A DNA stretch of 64,000 nt. Origin: Bacteroidota bacterium (lineage in GTDB: Bacteria; Bacteroidota; Rhodothermia; Rhodothermales; JBCCMF01). The DNA is taken from NCBI GenBank assembly GCA_038747545.1, contig JBCDJT010000008.1, positions 416-64,415 of the forward strand, in the 5' to 3' direction. The position numbers and the translations under genes are program-made. Under the pieces are notes generated by a model, which saw only the letters and a list, made by a program, of their open reading frames with translations, searched no databases and was not told the DNA's origin. Positions 21,381 to 30,238 of this stretch are shown here, piece after piece (position 1 is the first letter of the stretch; every line of letters begins with the position of its first letter).

Positions 21381-22478
21381 ATGCTGCAGCTTACGCCCCA
21401 AAACGCCCCGAGCATACAGGCACGCATCGACAGTCTGCTCGCTAACGGCGTACCCGCCGACTCGCTGCTGGCCGACAGCCTCCTCGCCGACAGCCTCCTT
21501 GCTGCCGAGAACGTGCGCGTGGCCGACTCGCTGCAAGCCGCCGCAGACAGCGCTGACACACTGGGCCGGGTCAGCCGCGAAGTGAGCGAGGCAGGTCGAT
21601 TGTTAGTCCAGGGCGAGTTTGAGCAGGTCTATGACCGTTTTGTCAGCGGCTTCGCGGATCTGCTGGTCGAGTTCGTCCCACTTTTGCTGTCCGCACTTTT
21701 TGTCTTTCTCTTCTTCTACACCGCCTTTCGCGTCGTCCAGCGCGTGCTCATCAGCTTCTTGCGCCGGAGCAGCAAGGTGGATGCCAGCTTACAAAGCCTG
21801 TTGCTGCGCCTCTTCCGCATCATCGGGTGGACGTTCATCGTGATCATGGTGATGGCGCAGTTTAGGATCGATGTGACGGCGCTGCTCACAGGCCTCGGGA
21901 TCGTCGGTATCGCGGTGGGTTTTGCGGCTAAGGACTCGCTGGAGAACTTTATCTCCGGCGTCACCATCCTGCTCGACCGTCCCTTCGTCGTGGGCGACAT
22001 GATTGATGTGGAAGGGACGTATGGGGAGGTGCAGGAGATCACGCTGCGCTCGACGCGCGTGAAGACGCTCACCAACGAGGTCATGGTGATGCCCAACCTG
22101 CTCATGGTGAACCAGAAGCTAGTTAACCACGCCAAGGTGCTCCCGCTCCGCGTAGACATCGCTTTTGGCATCGCCTACAAAGAGGACCCACGGCAAGCGC
22201 GCGACGTGGCGCTCCAACTCACCGAAGGCGACAGCCGCTTGCACCCCGATTATGCCCCCACAGTAGCCGTCACAGAGCTGGCCGATTCCAGCGTCAATAT
22301 GACGCTTCGGGTGTTCGTCAAAGATGCGCGGCAAGAGGTACCCGTTCGCTCGGATTACCTCGAAGCCATCCACCGCGCCTTCAACGACGCCGACATCGAG
22401 ATCCCCTTCCCGCATCTGCAGCTCTTCGTGGACGAAGCCAAGGGCTTGCACGACTCCACGCTGTTTCAACAGAATTAA
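21381..22478 (+). CDS. Small-conductance mechanosensitive channel (MscS family)
   Basis: TM helices, GIAVGFAAKDSLENFISG, RPFVVGD, G.V.EITLRST, IEIPFP. Confidence 0.92.
   Translation: MLQLTPQNAPSIQARIDSLLANGVPADSLLADSLLADSLLAAENVRVADSLQAAADSADTLGRVSREVSEAGRLLVQGEFEQVYDRFVSGFADLLVEFVPLLLSALFVFLFFYTAFRVVQRVLISFLRRSSKVDASLQSLLLRLFRIIGWTFIVIMVMAQFRIDVTALLTGLGIVGIAVGFAAKDSLENFISGVTILLDRPFVVGDMIDVEGTYGEVQEITLRSTRVKTLTNEVMVMPNLLMVNQKLVNHAKVLPLRVDIAFGIAYKEDPRQARDVALQLTEGDSRLHPDYAPTVAVTELADSSVNMTLRVFVKDARQEVPVRSDYLEAIHRAFNDADIEIPFPHLQLFVDEAKGLHDSTLFQQN
21456..21500 (+). repeat. Three tandem 15-bp coding repeats (ADSLL x3) in the MscS N-terminus
   Basis: gccgactcgctgctg/gccgacagcctcctc/gccgacagcctcctt. 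Confidence 0.9.
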
Positions 22479-22598
22479 CGCACCCGCCACATGCTCGCTT
22501 GAACCTTGGCGAAAGGTGGCGCATAGTTACGGCGTCGTAACACCATGGCAGCGCGGTGCTGCCTCATCGTTTCCTCCAGCTATCCCCTCGCTCAACAT

Positions 22599-24056
22599 AT
22601 GCCTGAAGCAACCGCTGACATCGGCCTGATTGGCTTAGCCGTTATGGGCCAGAACTTGGTCCTCAACATGAACGACCACGGCTTTACGGTGGCCGTCTAT
22701 AACCGCACGACCTCGAAAGTTGACGCCTTCCTGGCCGACGAAGCCAAAGGTACCAACGTCATCGGTACGCACAGCGTGGAGGAACTGCTGGCCCGCCTAA
22801 AACGCCCGCGGCGCGTGATGCTGATGGTGAAAGCAGGCGGCGCGGTCGACAAGGTGATTGAGCAGCTGCTCCCCCACCTCGACGAGGGCGACATCATCAT
22901 CGACGGCGGCAACTCGTACTACCCCGACTCTATCCGCCGTACCAAAGCCCTCAAAGAGAAAGGCATCCTGTTCGTCGGCTCGGGCGTGTCCGGTGGCGAG
23001 GAGGGCGCGCGCTTCGGCCCGTCGATCATGCCGGGCGGCGCGCCCGAGGCATGGCCGCATGTGCAGCCCATCCTACAAGCCATCGCCGCCAAGGTTGAGG
23101 ACGGCACACCGTGCTGCGACTGGGTGGGCGAAGACGGCGCCGGGCACTTTGTCAAGATGGTACACAATGGCATTGAGTACGGCGACATGCAGCTCATCGC
23201 CGAAGCCTATCACCTGATGAAGGTGCTGCTCGACATGAGCAATGACGAGATGGCGGAGGTCTTCAAAGGCTGGAACAGCGGCAAGCTCGACTCCTACCTC
23301 ATCGAGATCACCGGCGAGATCCTGAGCTACCGCGACGCGGACGGGACGGCCACGCTCGACGTCATCCTCGACGCTGCGGGCCAGAAAGGCACCGGCAAGT
23401 GGACGGCCATTGACGCGATGGAGCACGACATCCCCCTCACGCTCATCAGCGAGGCCGTCTTCGCGCGCTTCCTCTCGGCATTGAAAGATGAGCGGACGAC
23501 GGCAGCGGGCATCCTCAGCGGTCCCGAAACCGCATTCACCTCGGACAAGAGCGCCTTCATCGACGACATCCGCGACGCGCTCTACGCCTCCAAGATTATC
23601 TCGTACACGCAAGGCTATATGCTGATGCGCGCGGCGGCAGCCGAGTACGACTGGAACCTGAACTACGGCGGCGTAGCGCTCATGTGGCGCGAGGGCTGCA
23701 TCATCCGCTCGGCGTTCCTGGGCGACATCAAGGCGGCGTACGACAAGGACCCGAACCTCGTCAACCTCCTCTTCGACGACTTCTTCCACGAGGCCATCGA
23801 CCAGGCCCAGGCGGCGTGGCGACGCGTAATCGCCACGGCGGCGCTGCACGGCCTGCCCGTCCCCGCTATGTCGAGCGCGCTGGCGTTCTACGACGGCTAC
23901 CGCCACGAGCGGCTGCCCGCTAACATGATCCAGGCCCAACGCGATTACTTTGGCGCACACACCTACGCCCGGGTCGACCGTCCGCGTGACGAGCACTTCC
24001 ACACCAACTGGACAGGCACGGGCGGTGACACCACCGCTGGCACGTACGACGCGTAG
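22599..24056 (+). CDS. gnd: 6-phosphogluconate dehydrogenase, NADP-dependent, decarboxylating
   Basis: GLAVMG, GVSGGEEGA, KMVHNGIEYGDMQ, QKGTGKW, QAQRDYFGAH. Confidence 0.97.
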   Translation: MPEATADIGLIGLAVMGQNLVLNMNDHGFTVAVYNRTTSKVDAFLADEAKGTNVIGTHSVEELLARLKRPRRVMLMVKAGGAVDKVIEQLLPHLDEGDIIIDGGNSYYPDSIRRTKALKEKGILFVGSGVSGGEEGARFGPSIMPGGAPEAWPHVQPILQAIAAKVEDGTPCCDWVGEDGAGHFVKMVHNGIEYGDMQLIAEAYHLMKVLLDMSNDEMAEVFKGWNSGKLDSYLIEITGEILSYRDADGTATLDVILDAAGQKGTGKWTAIDAMEHDIPLTLISEAVFARFLSALKDERTTAAGILSGPETAFTSDKSAFIDDIRDALYASKIISYTQGYMLMRAAAAEYDWNLNYGGVALMWREGCIIRSAFLGDIKAAYDKDPNLVNLLFDDFFHEAIDQAQAAWRRVIATAALHGLPVPAMSSALAFYDGYRHERLPANMIQAQRDYFGAHTYARVDRPRDEHFHTNWTGTGGDTTAGTYDA

Positions 24057-24130
24057 TTCGGCCACTGTTGGGGAGCTAACGGTACTGCACAGCACGACGC
24101 GGCGCCCCACCACCATCGACCCAAGGAATC

Positions 24131-25570
24131 ATGCTTCAACCGCACATTTACGTCGTCTTCGGCGCGACGGGTGACCTCATGCAGCGTAAGCTCTTGCCCG
24201 CGCTGTACGACATGTACAAAGATGACGAAGGCAACGGCCCTTATCTCATCCTCGGCGTCTCGCGCTCGGCTCTCTCCGACGACGACTTCCGCACCAACTC
24301 CATCGCCTCGCTCCAGAAGTTCGCGAAGCTGGACGCAGACACCGCTACCGAGTGGGCCAACCAGACGCTGTTCTTCCAGTCGATCGGCAAGCAGGAGGCT
24401 TCCGATTTCAAAGCCCTAGCGGAGCGGCTGGACGCGCTGGAGGCCGAGCACGACCTGCCGGGTAACCGCGTCATCTACCTCTCGCTGCCGCCCTCAGCGT
24501 TCCGTGACTCCATCGAGCACCTGGCCGATGCCGGGCTCAACGCGTCGGAAGGCTGGACGCGACTCGTGATCGAGAAGCCGTTTGGGCACGACCTGGAGTC
24601 GGCGCGGGCGCTCAACGACTTCGTCCACCAGTATTACAGCGAAGACCAGATCTACCGGATCGACCATTACCTCGGCAAGGAGACCGTGCAGAACCTGCTT
24701 GTCTTCCGCTTTGCCAACGCGATCTTCGAGCCACTCTGGAATCGCAATCAGATCGAACGCGTGGACATCGTGGTGACCGAGGCGCTGGGCGTAGGCAGCC
24801 GGGCGGGCTACTACGACAAGAGCGGCGCCCTCCGCGACATGCTGCAAAACCATATCTCGCAACTGCTAACGCTGACGGCAATGGAAGCCCCTGCGAAAGC
24901 GGATGCTGATTCCATCAGGCGTGAGAAGGTGAAGGTGCTGCACAGCATCCGTGAGCTGGATCTGGACGACGTGATCCGTGGACAATACACCGCAGGCACG
25001 CTCGACGGCGAGGACGTGCAGGGCTACCTCGACGAGGATGGCGTGCCGGAAGACTCGACCACCGAGACGTTCGTGGCGCTGCGGCTGTTCATCGACAACT
25101 GGCGCTGGCAGGGCGTCCCGTTCGTATTGCAAACGGGCAAGCGGTTGCCGCGCCGCCTCACGCGCATCGCCGTCACCTTCAAGCGCCCGCCCGTGGCCTT
25201 GTTCGACGGCCTCGACTGCAACATCGTCTCAAACGTGCTGCATATCACCATCCAGCCCGACGAAGGCTTCTCGCTCGGCTTCGAGGTCAAGGAGCCGGGC
25301 AGTGGCTACCGCGCGCGCTTCCAGCGCCTGTCATATCGCTATGGGGAAGACTTCGGCGAACTCCCCGACGCCTACCGCACGCTCCTGGCCGACGTGGTAC
25401 GCGGCGACCCGACGCTGTTTGTGCATTCCGAAGAGGTAGAAACGGCGTGGGCGATCTACGAACCCATACTCCGAGAGCAGACGCCCATTCACGACTATGC
25501 TGCGGGCACGCTAGGTCCGAAGGCGGTCAACAGCCTCACTGACCTATTCCAGATTTACGACGAATCGTAA
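24131..25570 (+). CDS. zwf: Glucose-6-phosphate 1-dehydrogenase
   Basis: GATGDL, EKPFG, RIDHYLGKE, DMLQNH, RWQGVPF. Confidence 0.97.
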   Translation: MLQPHIYVVFGATGDLMQRKLLPALYDMYKDDEGNGPYLILGVSRSALSDDDFRTNSIASLQKFAKLDADTATEWANQTLFFQSIGKQEASDFKALAERLDALEAEHDLPGNRVIYLSLPPSAFRDSIEHLADAGLNASEGWTRLVIEKPFGHDLESARALNDFVHQYYSEDQIYRIDHYLGKETVQNLLVFRFANAIFEPLWNRNQIERVDIVVTEALGVGSRAGYYDKSGALRDMLQNHISQLLTLTAMEAPAKADADSIRREKVKVLHSIRELDLDDVIRGQYTAGTLDGEDVQGYLDEDGVPEDSTTETFVALRLFIDNWRWQGVPFVLQTGKRLPRRLTRIAVTFKRPPVALFDGLDCNIVSNVLHITIQPDEGFSLGFEVKEPGSGYRARFQRLSYRYGEDFGELPDAYRTLLADVVRGDPTLFVHSEEVETAWAIYEPILREQTPIHDYAAGTLGPKAVNSLTDLFQIYDES

Positions 25571-25641
25571 GTAGGGCGTCTACGCAACCGATGACGTACA
25601 GTCCTGTTGTAGCTACACTCCCAACTTGGAAGGACCCCACG

Positions 25642-25908
25642 ATGCACGATGCTTCCTTAGAGCAACACCTGCGTGAACATCCTGACTGGCCTGCTGAGGT
25701 CGTGGATTGGCATGTAGAGCACGGCCTTGACGCGACAGGCGAGGACGCCGTGTGGGTATGGGCCACGCTGGCGGTTCCCATGGCCGATGCCGACACCCGT
25801 GCCGAACTGCGTCACTTGATTCGGAACAGGGTCACGGCGCACCAAGATCCTGATCCATACTGGGTTTACGTGAGGTTCCGCGCAGCCGATGAGCTGGTGG
25901 CTGAGTGA
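25642..25908 (+). CDS. Small hypothetical protein, putative partner (degenerate MNT-like antitoxin) of the downstream HEPN protein
   Basis: GGAAGGA upstream of ATG 25642; acidic 88-aa protein with DATGEDAVWVW and YVRFR; GTGA overlap with the next gene. Confidence 0.6.
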   Translation: MHDASLEQHLREHPDWPAEVVDWHVEHGLDATGEDAVWVWATLAVPMADADTRAELRHLIRNRVTAHQDPDPYWVYVRFRAADELVAE

Positions 25909-26417
25909 GCATGCACTACGACTTGCTCAAACAGGCCCAGCAACTGGCAAAACGCGAGCCCCGCCGTCCCAAGCAAGCCAGCCTTCGTCGCGCTGTTTCG
26001 TCTGCATACTATGCGCTCTTTCACCTCTTGGTGGATGAAGCCACCAAGCTCATGATAGGCGGCAAGGCTGATCGTAGGCCGCTGCGCCTCACGTTACGCC
26101 GCGCGTTCGTCCATGCCCACATGAAAGATGCGGCGCGAGGCTTTGCTAGCGGGGCGGTCACCAATCGGCTCAGGCCCGCGCTTTCAGGATCAACTATCCA
26201 GCCCCAGCTCCGCAATGTTGCTCAAGCTTTTCTCGACTTGCAGCAAGCACGGCATGAAGCTGACTACGATATGCTCCGCACTTTTGCACGCGCCGAGGTG
26301 CTTGACCTAGTCGTACTTGCTGAACGTAGCTTCGCGGACTGGAAGATCGTCAAGAGCACCTTACCAGCCGACACCTTTCTGATTGCTCTCCTCGTCCAGA
26401 AGACGCTGAAAGGATAA
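25905..26417 (+). CDS. HEPN domain protein (UPF0332-like)
   Basis: RRAVSSAYYALFH and LQQARHEADY match the R.A.SRAYYA.FH and R..ADY signatures of this HEPN group. Confidence 0.8.
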   Translation: MSMHYDLLKQAQQLAKREPRRPKQASLRRAVSSAYYALFHLLVDEATKLMIGGKADRRPLRLTLRRAFVHAHMKDAARGFASGAVTNRLRPALSGSTIQPQLRNVAQAFLDLQQARHEADYDMLRTFARAEVLDLVVLAERSFADWKIVKSTLPADTFLIALLVQKTLKG

Positions 26418-26440
26418 GTCCACTTTTATTCTGCATCTAT

Positions 26441-27160
26441 ATGCGCACCATCCATACCTTCCCCGACAAGGCGACGCTCATTGGCGCCGCAGCGGAACGC
26501 ATCGCGCGGCTACTCGCTGAGGGCGACCCGACGCAGCCGTTCTCTATCGCGCTCTCGGGCGGCAGCACGCCGGGGCCGATCTACCAGCTCTTGGCGACGA
26601 CCTACCGCGACGTCATTCCGTGGGGCCGCGTCCATCTGTTCTGGGGCGACGACCGCTTTGTACCACACGAACACCCCGACAGTAACGTGCGGCTCGTCAA
26701 GGAAACGATGCTGGATCATGGAATCCCGATCCCGCCAAAGCATGTGCATCCGATGGCAGGCACGGGCCGTCCAGAGGCGGCAGCCGACGCCTACGAGGCG
26801 GAGCTGCGCCGCTTCTTCGGCGACCGCGAGGTCACGTTCGACCTCGCCCTGCAAGGCATCGGCGACGATGGGCACACGGCCTCTCTGTTTCCGGGCACCG
26901 ATGCGCTTGGCGAGACCGAACGGTGGGTCAGGGTAGTCCAGGCGCCGCCGTATGCCAAAGTTGCCACGCGACTGACGCTAACGTATCCACTGCTCAACGC
27001 GAGCCGCCACGTGCTTTTCCTAGCAGCAGGCGCGAACAAGCAGCAGGTACTTGCCGAAGTCTTTGCGCACGGCGCCGCATCGGGCCACCCTGCGAGCCGC
27101 ATCGAAGCGCAAGAGACCTTGACGTGGTTCCTCGACCAAGCTGCCTCGCCCGATGCCTGA
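26441..27160 (+). CDS. pgl: 6-phosphogluconolactonase
   Basis: LSGGSTP, WGDDRFVP, DSN, GDDGHTASLFP, RLTLT. Confidence 0.95.
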   Translation: MRTIHTFPDKATLIGAAAERIARLLAEGDPTQPFSIALSGGSTPGPIYQLLATTYRDVIPWGRVHLFWGDDRFVPHEHPDSNVRLVKETMLDHGIPIPPKHVHPMAGTGRPEAAADAYEAELRRFFGDREVTFDLALQGIGDDGHTASLFPGTDALGETERWVRVVQAPPYAKVATRLTLTYPLLNASRHVLFLAAGANKQQVLAEVFAHGAASGHPASRIEAQETLTWFLDQAASPDA

Positions 27161-28346
27161 CCCCATCCAGCCTCTCGCCTGCCAGCGCGACCTGTTCTCG
27201 TTGCCGGACCACGTACACTACCTCAACTGTGCCAGCCGCAGCCCGCTAGCCCACCCCGTAGAGGACGCTGGCATCGCTGGGCTACGTAGCAAGCGTGTAC
27301 CGCTCTTGACACACGATGACTTCTTCGGGTTGCCGGATCGCATCCGAGCGCAATTTGCTAAGCTCATCAACACGAGCGCGCCCCAACAGATCGCGCTGAT
27401 TCCAGCCGTATCCTACGGTATGGCCATCGTGGCGAAGAACACACCGCTTGCGGCCGGGCAACGCATCGTCCTCGTAGACCGCCAATTCCCAAGCGACGTC
27501 TACGCCTTCCGACGGCTGGCGGCTGAGTCAGGGGCTTCCATCACCACGGTACACGCGCCCGATGCGAAGCACCAGGGGCAGGCCTGGAGTGAGGCGTTGA
27601 TTGATGCGCTGACACCGGACGCTGGCCTCATCGTGGTGCCCCATGTGCATTGGACGGATGGAACAACGTTTGACCTGGAGGCCATCGGCAGGCGTGCCCG
27701 AGACGTGGGGGCGGCGTTTGTTGTTGACGGCACCCAGTCCGTTGGCGCGCTGCCGTTCGATGCCGCCCTCATCCAACCTGACGCGCTGGTCTGTGCAGGG
27801 TATAAGTGGCTCTTCGGTCCGTACACATCCGGGGTAGCGTACTTCGGGGAACGCTACCTCGACGGTATCCCGCTTGAGGAGAACTGGATCAGTCGCGCCG
27901 AAAGCGACAACTTCAGCCAACTGGTGCAGTACCAGGATGCCTACCAGCCGGGTGCCATCCGCTATGACATGGGCGAGCGGAGCAACTTCATACAGCTTCC
28001 CATGCTCCACGCCGCCCTGGACCTGGTCTTGCGCTGGCGACCTGAGCGGGTGCAGGCGTACTGCCAGCAACTCACCGCGCCCCTTCTCGCCGATATTCGC
28101 GCGCTGGGCTATCACACCGCCGATGAGCCCAGCCGTGCGCATCATATCTTCGGCGTGCGCATGCCACCCGAGGTACCTCTCGACCGCTTGAAAGCAGCAC
28201 TGACGGAGCGGCACATTCACGTGTCTGTGCGTGGCGACGCGGTTCGGGTGGCTCCACATGTCTACAACACCGAAACCGATGTGTCTGCGCTGCGCGATGC
28301 CCTGGCCGCCGTCAAGGTAACGCCCCACGTTACAAGCCACGCGTAA
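27153..28346 (+). CDS. Class V aminotransferase-fold PLP enzyme (cysteine desulfurase / C-S lyase-like)
   Basis: YLNCASRSP, QFPS, VHWTDG, VDGTQSVG, GYKWLFGP (PLP Lys), RVAPHVYN. Confidence 0.85.
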   Translation: MPDPIQPLACQRDLFSLPDHVHYLNCASRSPLAHPVEDAGIAGLRSKRVPLLTHDDFFGLPDRIRAQFAKLINTSAPQQIALIPAVSYGMAIVAKNTPLAAGQRIVLVDRQFPSDVYAFRRLAAESGASITTVHAPDAKHQGQAWSEALIDALTPDAGLIVVPHVHWTDGTTFDLEAIGRRARDVGAAFVVDGTQSVGALPFDAALIQPDALVCAGYKWLFGPYTSGVAYFGERYLDGIPLEENWISRAESDNFSQLVQYQDAYQPGAIRYDMGERSNFIQLPMLHAALDLVLRWRPERVQAYCQQLTAPLLADIRALGYHTADEPSRAHHIFGVRMPPEVPLDRLKAALTERHIHVSVRGDAVRVAPHVYNTETDVSALRDALAAVKVTPHVTSHA

Positions 28347-28481
28347 GGATTGTCCCGGCTACCGTTGCCGATGCTGCCCTCTTTGGCCATGTCATGGACA
28401 GGCCGATATTCGTTTCGTGCGGGGACCTAGACTACTGCTCACTCCTGTCTCCTACCCGCGCTTGACACATCTGGTGGGAAT

Positions 28482-28518
28482 GGCCCAGTCCTCTTGGTGG
28501 GGAGGCTGGGCCTTTTTT
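28482..28518 (+). terminator. Intrinsic terminator after the gnd-zwf-pgl-aminotransferase unit
   Basis: GGCCCAGTCCTC-loop-GAGGCTGGGCC followed by TTTTTT. Confidence 0.8.
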
Positions 28519-28556
28519 GTTATCCTTGGCTATGCCTCACGCAACGCCTACGCCCG

Positions 28557-29327
28557 ATGCTCCTCCCCATCAGTGACGACGACCGTGCCCTGACCCGTCG
28601 TGCCATCATCACCCCTACGTTGGTTGCGCTCAACATCTTGGTGTTTGTGGTTTTCCAAGGGCTCGGCGCCAACATCGAATTTTCGAACGGCTACAGCGTT
28701 GTGCCCTACGAACTGTCGACGGGGCAGGACCTCACAGTTCCGCAGGCGATGGTCTACGCGGGTGAGCGCGTTGACGTTTACCACGCCCCCGGGCCAACGC
28801 CGATCTATCTGACCTTGCTCACGTCGATGTTCATGCACGGCGGGTTCATGCACCTAGCAGGTAACCTCCTCTTCCTCTGGATCTTTGGCGACAACGTGGA
28901 GCACCGCTTCGGACGGCGGGCCTTCCTGGGCTTTTACTTGCTCAGCGGCGTGGCCGGAGCACTCGCGCAGATCGTCCTGGCCCCAGATAGCATCATCCCG
29001 ATGCTGGGTGCGTCAGGCGCCATCTCAGGGGTGATGGGCGCGTATCTGGTGCTCTTTCCCAAGAACCGCGTCCATGTTCTCTTCTTCTTTGCCGTCCTTT
29101 CGCTGCCGGCGGTCATCGTCCTGGGACTCTGGATTGCCTTCCAGATTTTTGAGGGGCTAGGCGCAAACCCCTATGGCGGAGGGGTAGCCTATGCGGCCCA
29201 CATCGGTGGATTTGTGGCGGGTGTCGTCGCTGGGCTCTTGGTGCGAACGCGGGTGAAGGGCGAGCGCGCCAACGTCCTCACCCGCACAGCACGGAGCGAT
29301 CCATATCGCCAGCGGCGGTTTTACTGA
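28557..29327 (+). CDS. Rhomboid family intramembrane serine protease
   Basis: SMFMHGGFMHLAGN, GASGAISG (Ser), AHIGGF (His). Confidence 0.93.
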   Translation: MLLPISDDDRALTRRAIITPTLVALNILVFVVFQGLGANIEFSNGYSVVPYELSTGQDLTVPQAMVYAGERVDVYHAPGPTPIYLTLLTSMFMHGGFMHLAGNLLFLWIFGDNVEHRFGRRAFLGFYLLSGVAGALAQIVLAPDSIIPMLGASGAISGVMGAYLVLFPKNRVHVLFFFAVLSLPAVIVLGLWIAFQIFEGLGANPYGGGVAYAAHIGGFVAGVVAGLLVRTRVKGERANVLTRTARSDPYRQRRFY

Positions 29328-29343
29328 TTGCCCTGCACACGTA

Positions 29344-29373
29344 AGCGCCCTCCAGATTTCTCCGAAGGGCGCT
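29344..29373. terminator. Hairpin between convergent genes, possible bidirectional terminator
   Basis: AGCGCCCT...AGGGCGCT inverted repeat; no clear U-tract. Confidence 0.45.
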
Positions 29374-29457
29374 CACAAGCCACACTGCATAATGAGAAGA
29401 GGCTTAGAGCCAGCGGTGTAGCGCTACCTATCACGCCAGCAGCCCTCGCTGCGCTGG

Positions 29458-29883
29458 TTAGGCAGCGCGGCGGTATTGGGTCAGTACCGCCTGGATGGTC
29501 GCCTTAACGGCTTCGGATTTCTCGAAGCGCTCGGCGCGCTTCAGGTAGTCCATTGCCCACCTGTTTTCCATAGCGCCTAGGGCTACCACCGCCATGCGAC
29601 GCATGTTGTCGTCCTCGTGGTTGCGGTAGATGCGCACGATGTCGAAGGCTGCTGCGTCTACGCTGACGTAGTCGCGGTACTGGATGACATGCTGCAAAGC
29701 ACCTTGCTGCATGCCCGCATGATCGCCTTGCAGGGCGTCCACTAGTTGGCTACTGAACGCCGTCCAGGTGGCTTGCGATGCTGAGCGCGCTGGCGCGGTT
29801 AACTGGTCTGTGTCTGGGCTTGCCCAGGTGGTCCCCACGGTCATCATCGTGATGCCGAGGACCAGCATCAGTGTACGTTTCAT
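29458..29883 (-). CDS. Small exported HEAT-repeat-like helical protein
   Basis: Signal peptide (TWA/S); HEAT-like DDNMRRMAVVALGAM and EKSEAVK; GGGAGGGAGG upstream of the ATG. Confidence 0.65.
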   Translation of the reverse strand: MKRTLMLVLGITMMTVGTTWASPDTDQLTAPARSASQATWTAFSSQLVDALQGDHAGMQQGALQHVIQYRDYVSVDAAAFDIVRIYRNHEDDNMRRMAVVALGAMENRWAMDYLKRAERFEKSEAVKATIQAVLTQYRRAA

Positions 29884-30238
29884 GGCACGTCCTCCCTCCC
29901 AAGATTTGTGCTCACTGAAAGAAGTCAGCGGCGCGAACTACTGCCGCCGATGAACAGGGAAGCCCTACGGCACGCTTCAGGCTAGAGTTACGCCGATCTT
30001 CATCGTTCCCTCATTTTGTTCGTTATCGAACAGGACGCGCCCATGCCCGGACAGCGCATAGGAACTTCACAGCCTTAAGAAATCAAGTGCCGTATGCTTA
30101 CTCACCGAATAGATCAACGCATCCCATTCAGCGTGCCCTATTCATTTTGGTCCCCGATCCAGGTGTACCTTTTTTTTCGTGGCTCTCCCATGCGCGCGGG
30201 AAGGCCGATCGGATTTGCAGTTGACCCTAGCCATCGGA

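Noticed and set aside
30017-30032. Palindrome as a Gram-positive-type LexA box
   Set aside because: Half-sites are in the opposite orientation (GTTCG-N4-CGAAC rather than CGAAC-N4-GTTCG), and no SOS gene is adjacent.
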